Positions 47,836 through 62,216 of a DNA stretch of 64,000 nucleotides are shown one piece after another. Positions within the stretch are counted from its first letter, which is position 1. Each line of letters opens with the position of its first letter. The stretch is from the human T2T-CHM13v2.0 reference genome, Homo sapiens, in the NCBI RefSeq assembly GCF_009914755.1, contig NC_060928.1; one strand, written 5' to 3'. The notes below the pieces were generated by a model. The model was not told the DNA's origin and searched no databases. It worked only from the letters and a program-made list of their open reading frames with translations. Position numbers and translations under genes: made by a program.

Positions 47836-48254
47836 TATTTTAAAAGATCAATAGGACTGACATTCCCAAGGCCTCTGAATAGCGCTGAAACTCCACCTTC
47901 CCCCTTCACTTTAGTAGCGCTTACAGTGAGCACCAGACGGAGGAAAGTTCACATGAGGAAGTTGCTAGATGCACACATCACATCACACCATGTCACAGAG
48001 TGAAGGACTGGGACACAGTGGTTTTAGGTCCCGCCGTGCCACTGTGCCACTTGCTCTTCCTTGGGAATTAACCTTTTCCCTTCTAAAATGACTTATTTAA
48101 AACTCTTCAGTTGACTCCACACTTTACCTTCAAATTGTGCATCAGAAGCCGCCTACATGCCATAGCTAACTTCAAGCAATCACTTGGAATTCTTGACATC
48201 CACCTAAACGTGGGTGGATAATGCCTATGTGGAAGGAGCCTGAGTCTCCAGGAA

Positions 48255-48562
<308 letters not shown>

Positions 48563-49208
48563 TGGAATTTAAGGGTGATGTTGTCCTAAGGAAACTGTAT
48601 GCCACAGTGTGATTCCATCATGCTGTGTGAGCCACCTACACTTTACGGTAATTGGTTGTATGTATGTAATTTATTCCTATAGAATCCATTATTATAATAT
48701 AAGAAACTCCCTGGAAGGTAGAAAGAAGAACACATCACAGTCAGATTGTAATAACTATTTGGACTATTTAAAATCACTCATCGAGCTCCATATTAGAAAA
48801 ACAAGCCCTCTACAGTTATCTAGTTTACACATTTCATATGGCTTTCTGATTTCATACTTGAGACAGAACATGTTACTACACTTTTTAATATTGATGTTTA
48901 GGAAAACAATTGATTAAAATGTGAAATATTGCCCCTAAGCATTTATAGATTGAAGTAAAATAGTCCCCTCATATTTACATCTGAATTCTTTTTCTTGTAA
49001 AAATGCTTAACATTAACACAGTACTTCTATTTTATCTAAAACAGTGGGTGCTCCTTGTCACCTCTCTCAAACTTTTTATTGGTGCTATTTTTAGGAAAAT
49101 ATCATAGATTGCATTTATTTGAAATTACTTTACAAATCTATTTTAGGTAAAAACTCAGAACTTACTCTATTACATGTGAAAACTGAGAACTGGGTAATAT
49201 TTTACTAG

Positions 49209-49223
49209 TGTGTGTGTGTGTGC

Positions 49224-49294
<71 letters not shown>

Positions 49295-49579
49295 GGCAGA
49301 GTCTCGCTCTGTTCCCCAGGCTGGAGTACAATGGCACGATCTTGGCTCCCCGCGACCTCCGCCTCCCATGTTTAAGCAATTCTCCTCGTCTCAGCCTCCC
49401 AGGTGGTAGCTGGGATTACAAGCGCCCGCCACTGTGCCCAACTAATTTTTGTACGTTTTAGTAGAGATGGGGTTTTGCCATGTTGCCCAGGCTGGTCTTG
49501 AACTCCTGACCTCAGGTGGTCCGCCTGCCTTGGCCTCCCTAAGTGCTGGGATTACAGATGTGAGCCACCGCACCCGGCC
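49209..49579 (-). mobile_element. AluS with tail-associated (TG)n(TA)n microsatellite
   Basis: Poly-T 49261-49293; TSD tactagt 49203-49209 / 49580-49586 encloses the microsatellite. Confidence 0.93.
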
Positions 49580-50158
49580 TACTAGTATATGTTTAAATCA
49601 CCATGTTATCCAAGGGATTAGATCACAAGCATATTATGACAGATATCTAGTTATTACAATTTATTGTTCAATTTCAATAAATTAAAAAATTTAGTATGGT
49701 ACAAAAATAATTAAATAGAGTAAAAAATATTCAAGTTGCAAAGTATATTTCTAGAAAAAAAGATTCAAGTGTGGATGGCAGAGAAATGAGGAAAATGAGC
49801 ATAAGGTGACACTTACAAGAAAATTGTAACTCTGGTGCCTGAGTCGAAAGGAACAGAGCAGAACACAAAGAAAGAAAGAAGCAGCTGAGGACTCATTAGC
49901 ATTGATATATATTTAAAAGATGTTGGTGATGTGAGTGCTTTTTAGTGTTAAGTCTTAAGTTAGTGATTTTTATGACAATAAAAGTTGTCTTTCAAAGACG
50001 CAGATATTTTCATTACTTTCATCGGGATTGACCCTATATTATATATGTTAAAGATTTTCCAGAATAAAAAATTTTAGACCTTACAACCAAAAACACTACT
50101 TGGGTCAGTTTCAAGTGATATCGCCACAGTACTAGGTAAAATTAAAAATAAGAAAAAA

Positions 50159-50457
50159 GGCCTGGTGCAGTGGCTCATGCCTGTAATCCCAGCACTCTGG
50201 GAGGCCGAGGCAGGTGGGTCACTTGAGCCCAGAAGTTCAAGACCAGCCTGGACATCACAGGGAGACCCCATCTGTACCAAAAAAAAAAAAAAAAAAAAAA
50301 TTGGTGTGGTGGCGCATGCCTGCGGTTCCAGCTACTCAGGAGGCTTAGCCTGGGAGGCAGAGGTTGTAGTGAGCCATGATTGCACCACTGCACTCCAGCC
50401 TGGGCAACAGAGTGAGGCCCTCTCTCAAAAAATTAAAATTAAAATTAAAAATAAATA
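50159..50457 (+). mobile_element. AluJ
   Basis: cacttgagccc, gggagacccc diagnostics; small deletion in the right arm. Confidence 0.92.
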
Positions 50458-53400
50458 ACCAAAAAGCAAAAGATGGACTAGTCCCTTAGCTAGCCCACTG
50501 GTTTTATTCCCTTCCTTTATTTTCTTTTTTACATCTTGTATCCAGTTATTGCAAATGTGCTTCAATTTTCTGCATTTTATTTTACAAAATCAGGGACAAA
50601 TGTAGAGCAATTTCTATTTCTGCATGTATCATCCTCAGATAGGAATTCCAGTCAATTGAAGCTACAACTGAGCGTGCATGTTTGACCACCATCTGTATAG
50701 TGCGCTCTGAAACTTCTCCATTTTCAGTTCGCTAGCTTCCTTTAGCGACTACATTTGTATAGTATGACACATTAGTGCTGGAATTTTTCTCCAACTAGCA
50801 TGCCCAGGATCTATAGCAGACAAATGAAGTCTTAGATCTGTTTCTCACTCCATATTGCTGCCAAGTCCCTGATGGAGATGCCGATCTTTTTTATCATTCC
50901 AATCTAAACTTCAGCTTTTTGTAAGTGTTTTATTTTTGCTAGCATTTTGCCTTTGCACTCACTGATTTAACATGCTTTTCACATGGAATCCTCAGCTTTC
51001 CTCACAAATACAGTTTCTGGAAAAGTCGTTACATTTTACTAACCTCTTTTGATTCCAATGGACCCATTTTTCTCTCCTATGTAAATTTGCTTTTTGCTTC
51101 CTTTTGGTATATCAGTTTGTAAATGTAAGATGTCAACCTGGATGTCAGAATTTTTTTCAGTACGTACATAATCTCTTTCTTTGTAAAATTAATAAATGAT
51201 TGAACTGCAGGTGTTAGAGAGCTAAAAATTATTTTTTGATCGAGTGGCTTTATTGCAGTTGTCAATTGTCATGGGTATATTTTCTACTGGGTTGCTCTGG
51301 TTGTATGATAAACTTTGACTTGGTGTGTTGCAATGCTGTGCTTCCTGGCTTAAGAGTACAATATAATCTTGGTCATATTTAAACTGAAATAAACTGCATT
51401 ACAGTTTTACAACCAGAATCACTAAATTCTCTTTTCTTTTATATACATATGAAAGAAAAAATATATCTATATACATCTCCCTCCATATATATAATATGAA
51501 TTGTGATCACTGCTACTTTTATAAATTATTGTGGCAATTAAGACACAATGTTTTTACTTCAGCTCAAATATAATATTCCTACTTGGACAGAAATGAAGCT
51601 TGTTTATAAATAATCAGCTTTAAAAACACTTACTTATTAACATTTTATTTTAGAAAACACTTGCATATTTTTTCTAAGAAATTGGGCCCAGGAACAGTTT
51701 TGAATGGCATTATAGTTAAGGGTAGTAAGCCATAGTTCATGGCCAGAAGAGCAAGCTGTTGGAGAAGCTGTAAGACATTTCGAAATGTCTGTAGCCTTGC
51801 ATAAATATTACTAAATACCAATTCCAGAAAATTGTTGTGAGTAGTTAAGTAAAAAGCTAATTTGTCTGGTTATTTCCCTGTTATGTTAAAATAACAGTAT
51901 TTTACACATTTCCCTTTAACAATATTATTCTTATTCAAAATGAACAAGTGAACAAAATCATATTAAATTGTTATACCTGAGACTCGTATCTTTATACTTA
52001 AGCCTTTAAAACATCACTTAATTATAACCCCAGAGTCATTTTATGTACAGATACAAGAAAACAGGAGACCCTGCCTGTTTTTTTATTGTTAAGTCTGATT
52101 ATTATGTACAGCACAAGGTATCACTCCGGTCGACATGATTCATCTCAGATCATAACATATGCGGTAATGAAACATTTTCCTTCCCAACATGTGACTGTGT
52201 CTTCTCTCTGCCAATTCACAGTGCAAGATTTGCTAATTGAGAAAAATGAAATATAGCTTCTGTAAAAAAAAAAAAAAAAAAAAACAAAAACGTTATTCAA
52301 AAGGAACTATTCTATTTACTGATGTTTTAAACAAAGTATTGTAAGATCAAATCAGGAATTTTAAACTCTACAATAAATTAGCTTTCATAGAGAGAAAATA
52401 GTTTAAATATGTTTGGTCATTATCAGTTTACTGGGTCTTTGTGGAGAATAAATTTGGAGTAAAATGTACATTTAAGCTTTTTTTGAAAGCCCTCTGTTTA
52501 ACTCTTCCAGTTTTTATACACAAAACGTATGTATAACTGGAGCTTGTTTTACACTATGTGCTTGATGATAAGTTGTTTCTCTTGTAAAGTACTATTTTTC
52601 TGTCACTGTGGCACAAAAGGCTGGTCATTGAAATGTACCCTGTAAGGTTGCTTAGTGATATAGTAACAAAATTCCAAAAACACATGTTCCTTCTCACTCC
52701 GAGAGCAGCACAACCTTATATGAGCCCGTGCTGATTGGAACCTACTGAAGCATTTCTTCCTCAGGATTTCCATTTTAAGGTTAAATTTATTTCCTCTGTT
52801 AAAGATCTTGGATTTAAACGTCTTCAAACTTTCTCTCTTCAGAAATATGTGAACATTAATCAACCCTTTAGTAATATGGTTTCCTAAAAGTATTTGCTAT
52901 TCCCATTTTTTGTTCTTCTTTGATTCCTATGATAATTGCCTTGGAAAGTCAAATTCCAACAGCAGCATATCTACAAAGCATGCTCACCAAGAGGCAACAC
53001 GACACATTGTAAGGTGAAAAAAAGTTTTATTAAATACCAGTAATTTAACATCCTTGACATGAAATAACTAATTTATTTGTCCCAGTTACTACCTTACCTT
53101 TTGACATAATTTTTTTTCATTTATTGCATAATTTGCTTAGGTTTGTGGTGTTTTTTTTCTTAAGAAAATAGACATATCCTTAGAAAGGCCCCCATCGGCA
53201 CTGACTACTGAGAACTTAAACAGAACCAATGAATATTGATTTTTCTCATGCCCACTCCTGGACTGGCATGACAAACTATCTTATTATCTTCCACATTGTT
53301 AATTTTAAGAGAACTTCAAGTATTGCATTTTTTAATGGTTAATAAAATTTATTTCAAGGAAAAAGAGGGGAAAAGTAGAGTCTAGAATTTACATTTACCA

Positions 53401-53861
53401 ATCTCAGTTCCAGCACATGGCTTCAACCATTAGAGGATACAAACATGGATAGACAGAAGGATAATTCAATTCAAATTTCAGATTCCACATCCACTTTGTT
53501 GGAGATTATCACATTTCTAGTTACTGTTTTAAATTTTTTAATTATTTTATTTAAAGCATTATTTTGCAGCAGTCTATAAGAAGACTCAGGAACTGGAGCC
53601 ATGTTCTCTTCCCTTCAACTACTGAATTGGTAGTTGTATGGGCGGCTGTGCTGGGTATTTAAATGCAGGCATGGTGAGGTTAAGACAAACAGAGAAAGAA
53701 AGAAACCAATACAATTTTGAACTTGGTTTATAAAAACCTGGGATCAAGTCTTGGATGCTCCTTTTGGTTTAACTGTCTTAACTTCACCCAACTTCAGGCA
53801 TTTATAGGAAGAGGTACCCCATTGGATACTTGTAGCTATCCTAATATTCGCTATATAAGGT

Positions 53862-54314
53862 TATAGGAGAGAAAAATAGTATCTTTTCCTCACCTATTGC
53901 AAGGCTCATGGCTGACATTCCTATAAGAAAAGGCATATTACCAAGAAAAGAGCATAACAAATGTATTTAACCAAAGTTTTATGTAACATGTGAGTCCTCA
54001 GAAAGGTAAGACCCAAAGACCCAGAAATAGTTGTGTATTTTTATGGACAGTCATGCAGAAGTACAATTGGAGGACACAAGGGAATGATCTAATGGTAATA
54101 AGCTGGGGGCAACTTAGCAAAGCTTATTAGTTCAGATGCTTCTTGGTGTCCTTATGTGTCATTTTTCCCTCCAGGTGTAGGGCAGGACACTTGTCACATG
54201 AGGGTCTTCCTGGGAGAAAGGAGAGAGAAGGTCAAAGAGTGACCTACCTGCTTCCACTATTTTCTCAGTTTCCAAGGTGCCATATTTTGGGGTGTCATGT
54301 TCTGAGCCCCAACA
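53862..54314 (-). mobile_element. ERV1 solo LTR (MER31-like)
   Basis: Minus strand begins tgttggggctcagaacatgacaccccaaaatatggcaccttgg; 4-bp TSD aggt/aggc; family name from recall. Confidence 0.75.
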
Positions 54315-54690
54315 AGGCCTATAGCCACCTGCCCAGACCTGTCCAAAAATATGATATGTGTGAGTGTATATACTTACTTTTTCATTGATTTGTGAGAGGA
54401 AGTAGGAGGCTGTTTGACAATGCTTGAGAGAGGACAGTGGAGATGGAAACACAGGGGAGGTAGTAGGGCAATGGCATTATGGCAGAAGGTGGAAGGACCC
54501 TTACAACAAGACATTCGAGTGGCTGGAGAAATTGGGGACCTGGGGGCAAATTGTCATACCACATGGGACAAAGGTATTCCCCTTACTTCAATATAGAACA
54601 GCAAGTAGAGAGCAGGAAGGGTGGGCCCCCCAAAAGGCCCCCTGCCACAATGCCTTCAGCCAGGCTCCTCTTTGGACAAAGAGGCCAGAT

Positions 54691-54836
54691 AAGGGGATGA
54701 TTCCTGAGCACAGGGGAGGTGACTTCTGGATGCTGGGCAAGGGCAGGAAATCCTCCTGACTTGAAGGGGATGATTCCTGAGCACAGGGGAGGTGACTTCT
54801 GGATGCTGGGCAAGGGCAGGAAATCCTCCTGACTTG
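54691..54836. repeat. Perfect 73-bp tandem duplication
   Basis: Units 54691-54763 and 54764-54836 identical base for base. Confidence 0.97.
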
Positions 54837-55471
54837 GGAGTAGGAGTGTAAGCATGTTCTTGTTCTTTGAGTTATTTGGAATTGGAACATTGGGTCTTTG
54901 TTTCACAGCATAAAGGCTGAGAGCCCTGCTCTGCAGCCAGCCTGCCGGGTTAAACCTGGGCTCTTCTCCCTCCTAATTATGTCCATCCTAGGAAGTTATC
55001 TACACTCTTGGTTTCCTTACAGAACGATAGAAATAATTATATCTGTTGTGAGTAGAATTCTTACAAGAATAAATGGAATTCATACATTTTAGAAGAGTGC
55101 TTGTGCAAACTCCGGTCATAAAAGTAGAGATAGTTTTGGATTTGACTGATCTAGACATAATTTTTCTTAATCCTGCTTGTAATTGAGGCACTTCCATCAG
55201 ACACAAAATGAAAGAGGAAAGTGTCAAAAATTTAATAAAGATTTTAATTAAACAATATTTCATTAAACATTTTCATTTATTTCATTAAAATTTTCATTAA
55301 ACAATATTTTAATGAAATAATGTTAAAAAATCAAAATGAATGTAAAAATAATCTATGATGAACAAAATATTACAATTTTAAACAAAGACAAGACTCTATC
55401 AGCTTCCTTATTTGGTTGTTTTTCACAGACACCTCTGGCTGAGAAAACTGTTAAATAAGAAATCCATCCTA

Positions 55472-55795
55472 GGACTGAGTGCGGTGGCTCATGCCTGTAA
55501 TCCAGCACTTCAGGAGGCCAAGGTGGGAGGATCTCTTGAGCCCAGGAGTTTGAGACCAGCCTGGACAGCATAGGGAGACCCCATCTCTACAAAATAAAAT
55601 TTAAAAAATTAGCTGGGGGTGGCGACACGCACCTGTGGTCCCAGCTACTCAGGAGGCTGAGGTCGGAGACTCAGTTGAGCCCAGGAGGTTGCGGCTGCAG
55701 TGAGCTAATGATTGTCCCCTACACTCCAGCCTGGGTGACAGAGTGAGACTCTGTCTCAAAAAACAACAACCAAAAAAATGAAATGAAAAAAAAAA
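55472..55795 (+). mobile_element. AluJ
   Basis: gaggatctcttgagccc, cctgtggtcccag, ggctgcagtgagc diagnostics. Confidence 0.93.
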
Positions 55796-55924
55796 TCGTT
55801 CTTGAGCAGATTTTGGGTCTTCTTGCAAAGACTGACTAAAGAGACAAGACATGCCTATGGGTTGCCCTTTTTCAATATATATCTCTAGCCATCTAGCCAT
55901 TGACAAAATTGTAATTATATAATT

Positions 55925-56125
55925 ATGTGTATGTACACATACATACCTATGTATGTGTACCCACATATATGTATACACACATGCAGTATATATGTATACT
56001 GTATATATATATATACAGTATATATTCTGTGTATAAAATATATACTGTATATATAAATATACTGTATAAAGTATACAGTATAAAATATATACTGTATATA
56101 TAAAAATATACTGTGTATAAAAATT
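55925..56125. repeat. TA-rich simple repeat / (TATATACTGTA)-like units
   Basis: Seen directly. Confidence 0.9.
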
Positions 56126-56217
56126 ACCATAGAATATTGTGATGGGCTCAATTTTAAAAATTTTAAAATACAAATACATTTTGCCAGTTAATACTAATAC
56201 ACTGTAAAAGACTAGAA

Positions 56218-56498
56218 CTACCACAAGAATAGAAAACCAAACACCACATGTTTTCACTCATAAGTGGGAGGTGAACAATGAGAACACATGGACACAGGGA
56301 AGGGAACATCACACACACACCAGGGCCTGTAGGGGGATGGGGAGTTAGGGGAGGGATAGCATTACGACAAATACCTAATATAGGTGACAGGTTGATGGGT
56401 GCAGCAAACCACCATGGCATGTGTATACCTATGTAACAAAACTGCATGTTCTGCACATGTACCCCCCAGAACTTAAAGTATGATAAAAAATTTTTTTT
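56218..56498 (+). mobile_element. L1PA7/8-like 3' UTR stub
   Basis: aaaaccaaacaccacatg...cagaacttaaagta; TSD aaagactagaa 56207-56217 / 56499-56509. Confidence 0.92.
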
Positions 56499-56622
56499 AA
56501 AGACTAGAAAGTCATTCTAAAAAATAAAATCAACTTACATACATAGTTTTATTCATCCATTCAATGAATATATATTGAATGGGAAATTTTGGCTAGACTC
56601 CAGATATGTAAAGAAAGTTTCT

Positions 56623-56970
<348 letters not shown>

Positions 56971-58069
56971 TTATGTGGAGACCTAATATGGCAAACAGAC
57001 AAAGCAGATAAATTCTGAATTGTTCTCATTGAAATGGAGATGGCAGCCTCTCTTCTCCCCCCACCTCATATTCCCCACCTACAGCCTCGGCCACTGAAGA
57101 GACTCTGGACTCTAAGCGTATGAAAAACACTAATTTAATAACTGTGCAATAAATATCTTAAAATGAATAGCAGCATAGTCCTCAAAAGACAGAAAGAAGA
57201 TACACCTACCGGAGATCTATTTTATAAGACAATATAATGATTTTGAATGTAATTTTTCTATGTACCACAGCCTAATCTACTCTCTTGTTTCACATTGAAA
57301 CAGGCATCCGCTTATCTCTGAATAATCTCTAATATATGTCAATGACAGTCTCTATTTCCCATGCTACAGCATTCAGAAATTTTGTTTGGTGTCTTTATTT
57401 ATTTGGGCCCCTATAGACCACTAGGACCTGACACAACAAAGTCATGCAAACAAATCCACTGTCTCCGTATTCATCTGGTGCTCTTTCAGATGAAAATACT
57501 ATGAAGAAAGAAACAGAGTTCTGGGTTTTTTTTATTGAGCAATTGCTGTTGCATAATTGACAGAAAACGTAAAAATCAAGAATTCCTAAACCTGTCCTTT
57601 TTCTCTCTAGGGACAGTAGAGATGTCTATAGAATATTTTTGCCTCTGTGGCGTATTTGAGATGTGAGACACATTAACGATGAGAGGGGTTTTAGGTCAGA
57701 ATCACTCTGCATCATAGATGCCATTATCTGCTGATTTAGCTGGGCTGAAAACTGCTGAAAAATAATCCTTTTTGTGCCCTTGTCAGTGGCTTTAGCCTAG
57801 AGTTATAGAAAATCAGCTCTACCTGAGTCAGATAATCATTACAAAATGAATTTTGTTCCTGACTCAATGGAAGTAATTGGGGAGAAATATTTGATAGGTA
57901 TGATGAAGATTAACTTAAGTTAAAGCTTTCTAGTACTTAAAAAGTAGTAAGTGCTGCTCATAATTGAGCCAATATAGGCATCTGCAAATTATCCTTCAAA
58001 CTGAATGTAGGTGATCACTGAAAACATTTCTACCCCCGCAAAGCTTGATGTTCTCCTTTTCCTTGGCTC

Positions 58070-58160
58070 TGGCGAGGGGCACCGGGTTCACCCCGCCGAG
58101 GTCTCCCCTTGCAGAGCGCAGAGCTGATTACCCAGCAGGCGGTGCGGCTCCAGCGGGGAA
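58070..58160. promoter_or_regulatory. Non-Alu CpG cluster with CTCF-like motif (candidate regulatory element)
   Basis: 8 CpGs in ~90 bp in an otherwise CpG-depleted region; CCAGCAGGCGGTGC at 58132-58145. Confidence 0.35.
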
Positions 58161-59229
58161 GTCAGAATGGTGCTGACTGTTCCCTGGGGAGGGACATCCT
58201 GTAAAAACACCAAGGTTGAGAACTGTCATATTCACAGCAGTAGGTGCATTTCCTCAGAAATTAATGGAGCAAGCTGGGCAAAAATGTTTAAGCTACATCT
58301 TCCCTAGAGTAAGATGCAAATTCAAAGCTCTTTTGAAGCCCCGGAATGAAAGTTAAAGATAAGACATTTTAGGGTTTTTTTTTTTTTTTTGACATTGATA
58401 ATATAGGCAACCCTAGCACCAGGAATATTAAATTGAAATGCTAGATATGTGGGAGAGGTGTGATTCAGGCTGGCTCCGAATGCAGCAACAACTCATTCTT
58501 GAGCCTGTTTACCCATGCGGCTTTTAATATATGATTACTGGGACATGAGGGCAGGTTCCTCCCACCAGTCAGTTATGGACGTGCAATCCTATCAATTTAT
58601 GACTGATTTATTTATAGGGTGTGATAAATATTTTCAATGAGCGGCTTTGACCCTGAAAGTAGCATCTGGTAGGAAAGTAGTAGCAGCTTTGGAAATTCTC
58701 TCTTTAGTGTTCTGCAGGGTGAAAGGGGTGAAAACAGCATTAATTTTCCCTGCACAGCATGCAATAATCTTAAATTATACATCCCATTCAAGAGAGGTAA
58801 GAGAGAATTATGTGCTAAGCTTAAAAGAATGCACAGCCCGTTTTGGAGAACTATTTGTTACACTTTCTTAAAGAATGTGCTCATAAATACGTTTCCAATG
58901 AGCTGGTGATGGCCATAGTCAAGGTTTCTGAGACTTCAAAATTACCTCTTCCATCCACATAAAGGAGAGGAAAAACCTAATACAGAAGCCCTTTCTACCT
59001 TGGAAGTTTGTGCAGAAGGACAGTCTCTGGATGGGATTTGGCACTCATCTCTCCAAATGAGATGCAGCAATCCTAATAGCTCATGTAACACACATGCTTT
59101 CCACACCTGTGTTATCACATTGAGCTGAAAAGCTACAGAGGTTCCAGCATTATTTGTCTCATTTTATCAAGAAGAAAATTGTGCTCTTAGAGGTTAGGTA
59201 ATTTGCTCAAGAGAAGAAAGGAAAACCCA

Positions 59230-59267
59230 ATTCATTCATTCATTCATTCATTCATTCATTCATTCAT
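59230..59267. repeat. (TTCA)n STR, probably an L2 tail
   Basis: Seen directly; followed by tttaaacacttattga. Confidence 0.9.
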
Positions 59268-62109
59268 CTATTTAAACACTTATTGAAAGAATATTTATCA
59301 AGTTCTACTCAGCGCCAGTTACATTTTCCCTTCCACCACCGGCTAGTTCTGTGGCTCAGCAAATCCCCGAAATGCTCCTATGATCTAGTGATTTCAAATA
59401 AGAACTTGAGATGAGAAGAAGGCCTGAAAAGTGGGGACTTGAATAAGTGATCTCTTATTTGAGATCTCTTCTAGCTGTAATTTTCATACTTGCATTAAAA
59501 TTGTTGACAGTTCCCTCTTCCAATTTACTTACTGCCATATATACTCAGAGGATACAGTTTCTCACTTTTGTTTATTTTGCAGCTGAAAGTTCAGGAGGAA
59601 TTAAAATTGAATTAGAATAAACTTTCTTGGATTTTTTTCCTAATAAAATATTTGGGATATTTTATTAGAAATATGTAAAGGTTTGAATACCCACAACTCT
59701 TACATGTCTACCTAAATGATTTTTCCCACTGCCAAATATTCGAGGTCACCCAATATATGACCTGACTGTTGCTTTCAGATGGTGCATTTTTAAAAAAAAT
59801 AATTGTTTTATATACGTAAAATATTTTAATCAGGGCTTGAAATCCTCAGTCACCAAATTGCTGCCAGCAACAACAACGAAAAATTGGGATCCAACTAATT
59901 GGAAAGCATTAGAGCCTGAGTATTTGGGTGTGATTCATTGTCACTGATGATGCTTCCAATTACTCATACATATTTATACATTCTGAATCACGTGAATACT
60001 TAAAGGAGAAAAACAGGAGTCTACAATTTTGGTGTTATATTTTTGAGTGTGCAGTAAGAGATTTTTAAATGGCCTTACCCTCCCCCTGTCCTTCACAGAA
60101 AGACAGGGTAGCCTATTTAAATCATTAACGATGGAAAAATGTTTGCAGCTTGCTTGTGTACATGAGAAATGAATTGGATTATATGAAAAGTTGTCTCCAA
60201 ACATTCCATAAAAATTATAACCATATCAATTAAATGCTAGTGGCAAATATTTCAATTATCCTTAATGGGACAGAGCTTATAAATGAGCAGATTGGGAGAC
60301 TACTTGTACTTTATGTGTAGACATTCTCTTCAAAAAGCCACAATTACAGTTTTGCTCATGAAAAATCAGTCCATAAAATGCAAATGTGCTACAAGCTTGG
60401 AGTTTATTTTAATGTAACATTATCATACGGTATTATAATAACCTTACTAGTACCTTTTGAAAAAGCTATAAAAACCAGATTTAAAGACATACATTAGTAT
60501 AGTCTTTCATTAAAATGGCATCTTTAAGTGAACTCAGAATTTCTTTGGTAATGTTGCTGCTACTCCTTGCTGCCTAAGACACCTAGGAACTCGATCACGC
60601 TCCTACTGCTGCAACATGCCATGTTGGCCAACAACAGGGATCACCATGAAAGCCCTGAACGTCCGTGCTGTCTGCTCACATTTGCAAGCTTCAGGTTGTA
60701 ACCACTTTTGATTTCAACCTTTGCTTTTGAAAATACACCGGCCATTTTCAATCCTTCATTTTCCTTGAAGACAGATCTTCAAGGAATTTATTAATTCTTT
60801 CAGTAAAAGAACACTTTCTCTTCAGCATACTTTCTTTAAGTATATCAAGAGATTTAAATTTAGATATCTGAAAACTCCCGCTAGATGACACATTATTAAA
60901 ACATCTGCCTTTCCATAAGCCATTCTGTTCCTTGCCATTCCACATGTCCTTTTCTACTTCACCAGACAAAATTGCCCAATCTAAATTTCAGCTCAAGTGT
61001 TTGATGGTTTTCACGCTGAGCTCAAACTGTTAATGCTTCCCTGAGAGAATAGAATTGAAACGGGATTTAATCTAAAATAACAAAATAGAATAAGGGTTTT
61101 ACATATAAATAAGTAATGCTTTGCACATTCTTATGCAAGTTTTTCTCTTCTAGATTTTGCACCTAGTAGAGAGAAATGACACATCACAAACATTCAGAAT
61201 TTGACTCAGTAGTGAAGAACATTCTAATAGATAAATACTTGGTGTTGTTTGCCATCCAATTAATGCACTTTGCTAAAGTCAAATTTTAAATGATTGAGGA
61301 AAATATTCCCAATTTTAGCATTTAATTTAATATGGTTATTTTAAACAGTGATATTTGCAAATATCATGTTAGGTAACCATTATGAACATCTTGAAAAATG
61401 CTAATTGGAATAGTAGATAGTACCCTCCTTGGTATACATGTCACAAAAGGCAGAGACTGACAACTAAGCATTCTCTTGTAGAACCCGGATGCTTCAATTG
61501 CCTACGCATCACAAAGCAAGTAACTAATTACCTATACATAGCATGGCTGTGAAAACTAGGAGAAGGATTTTGGAGAGAAACCCTGTGGTCTTTGCCAGAG
61601 GACTTAAAAAACCTTTATTTTAATAAAGTTAAAATCACTTTATTAAAATCATTTAAGTCATACTGGACCTATCTGTCCAGCCCTCCTATCTTCCTTTCTC
61701 TTGGAAAAATGGTCCTGTACTTTATTCTACTGTCATAAATATGGCCTCTTTCAGACAAAATTTTAAAAAACACACACAGAGGAATTATAGCTTTATATCA
61801 AAAAAATTAATAGGACTCATTTTAACATAAAATCATGATTTGTCCTACCTTGTTGATACTGAAAAGATAAACATCTTTTGAACTGTTCTCCATGTATGTA
61901 TATATTTTTCTTTTTATAAAAAGATTGAAATGTAAAATAAAATTACATTCGAAGATGTCAGTTCAGTTCCTTCAGCTATCATGTGAGAATAATTAAAATA
62001 GCTCTAACTCACTTCACTGGATAGATGTGAGGCTTAATGGGTGAGAGAATATTTGCAAAGTGCTTTGTAAAATTTTCAGTTCTATGCCGCTGTATGTTTT
62101 TAAGCTATG

Positions 62110-62216
62110 ACCTAGCAATCACAGTGACCAATAACCACCTAGCAATCACAGTAACCAGTAATGTTAATTTTATTTGTATGATCACAAAGTACAAATCATC
62201 ATACAAATAAAATTAA
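62110..62216. repeat. 27-bp tandem duplication followed by a perfect 19-bp inverted repeat
   Basis: acctagcaatcacagt... at 62110 and 62137; arms 62164-62182 / 62198-62216. Confidence 0.92.

Noticed and set aside
51773-51790. 18-bp perfect palindrome agacatttcgaaatgtct (also a 16-bp cttcctctagaggaag near 39170)
   Set aside because: Palindromes of this length are plausible by chance in 64 kb of AT-rich DNA.
54424-54906. Overlapping ORFs with an internal peptide repeat
   Set aside because: The repeat comes from the 73-bp duplication, which is not a multiple of 3; no protein similarity recognised.
55250-55325. Short ttcattaaa repeats with a 14-bp inverted repeat
   Set aside because: AT-rich low-complexity slippage product; no further structure.
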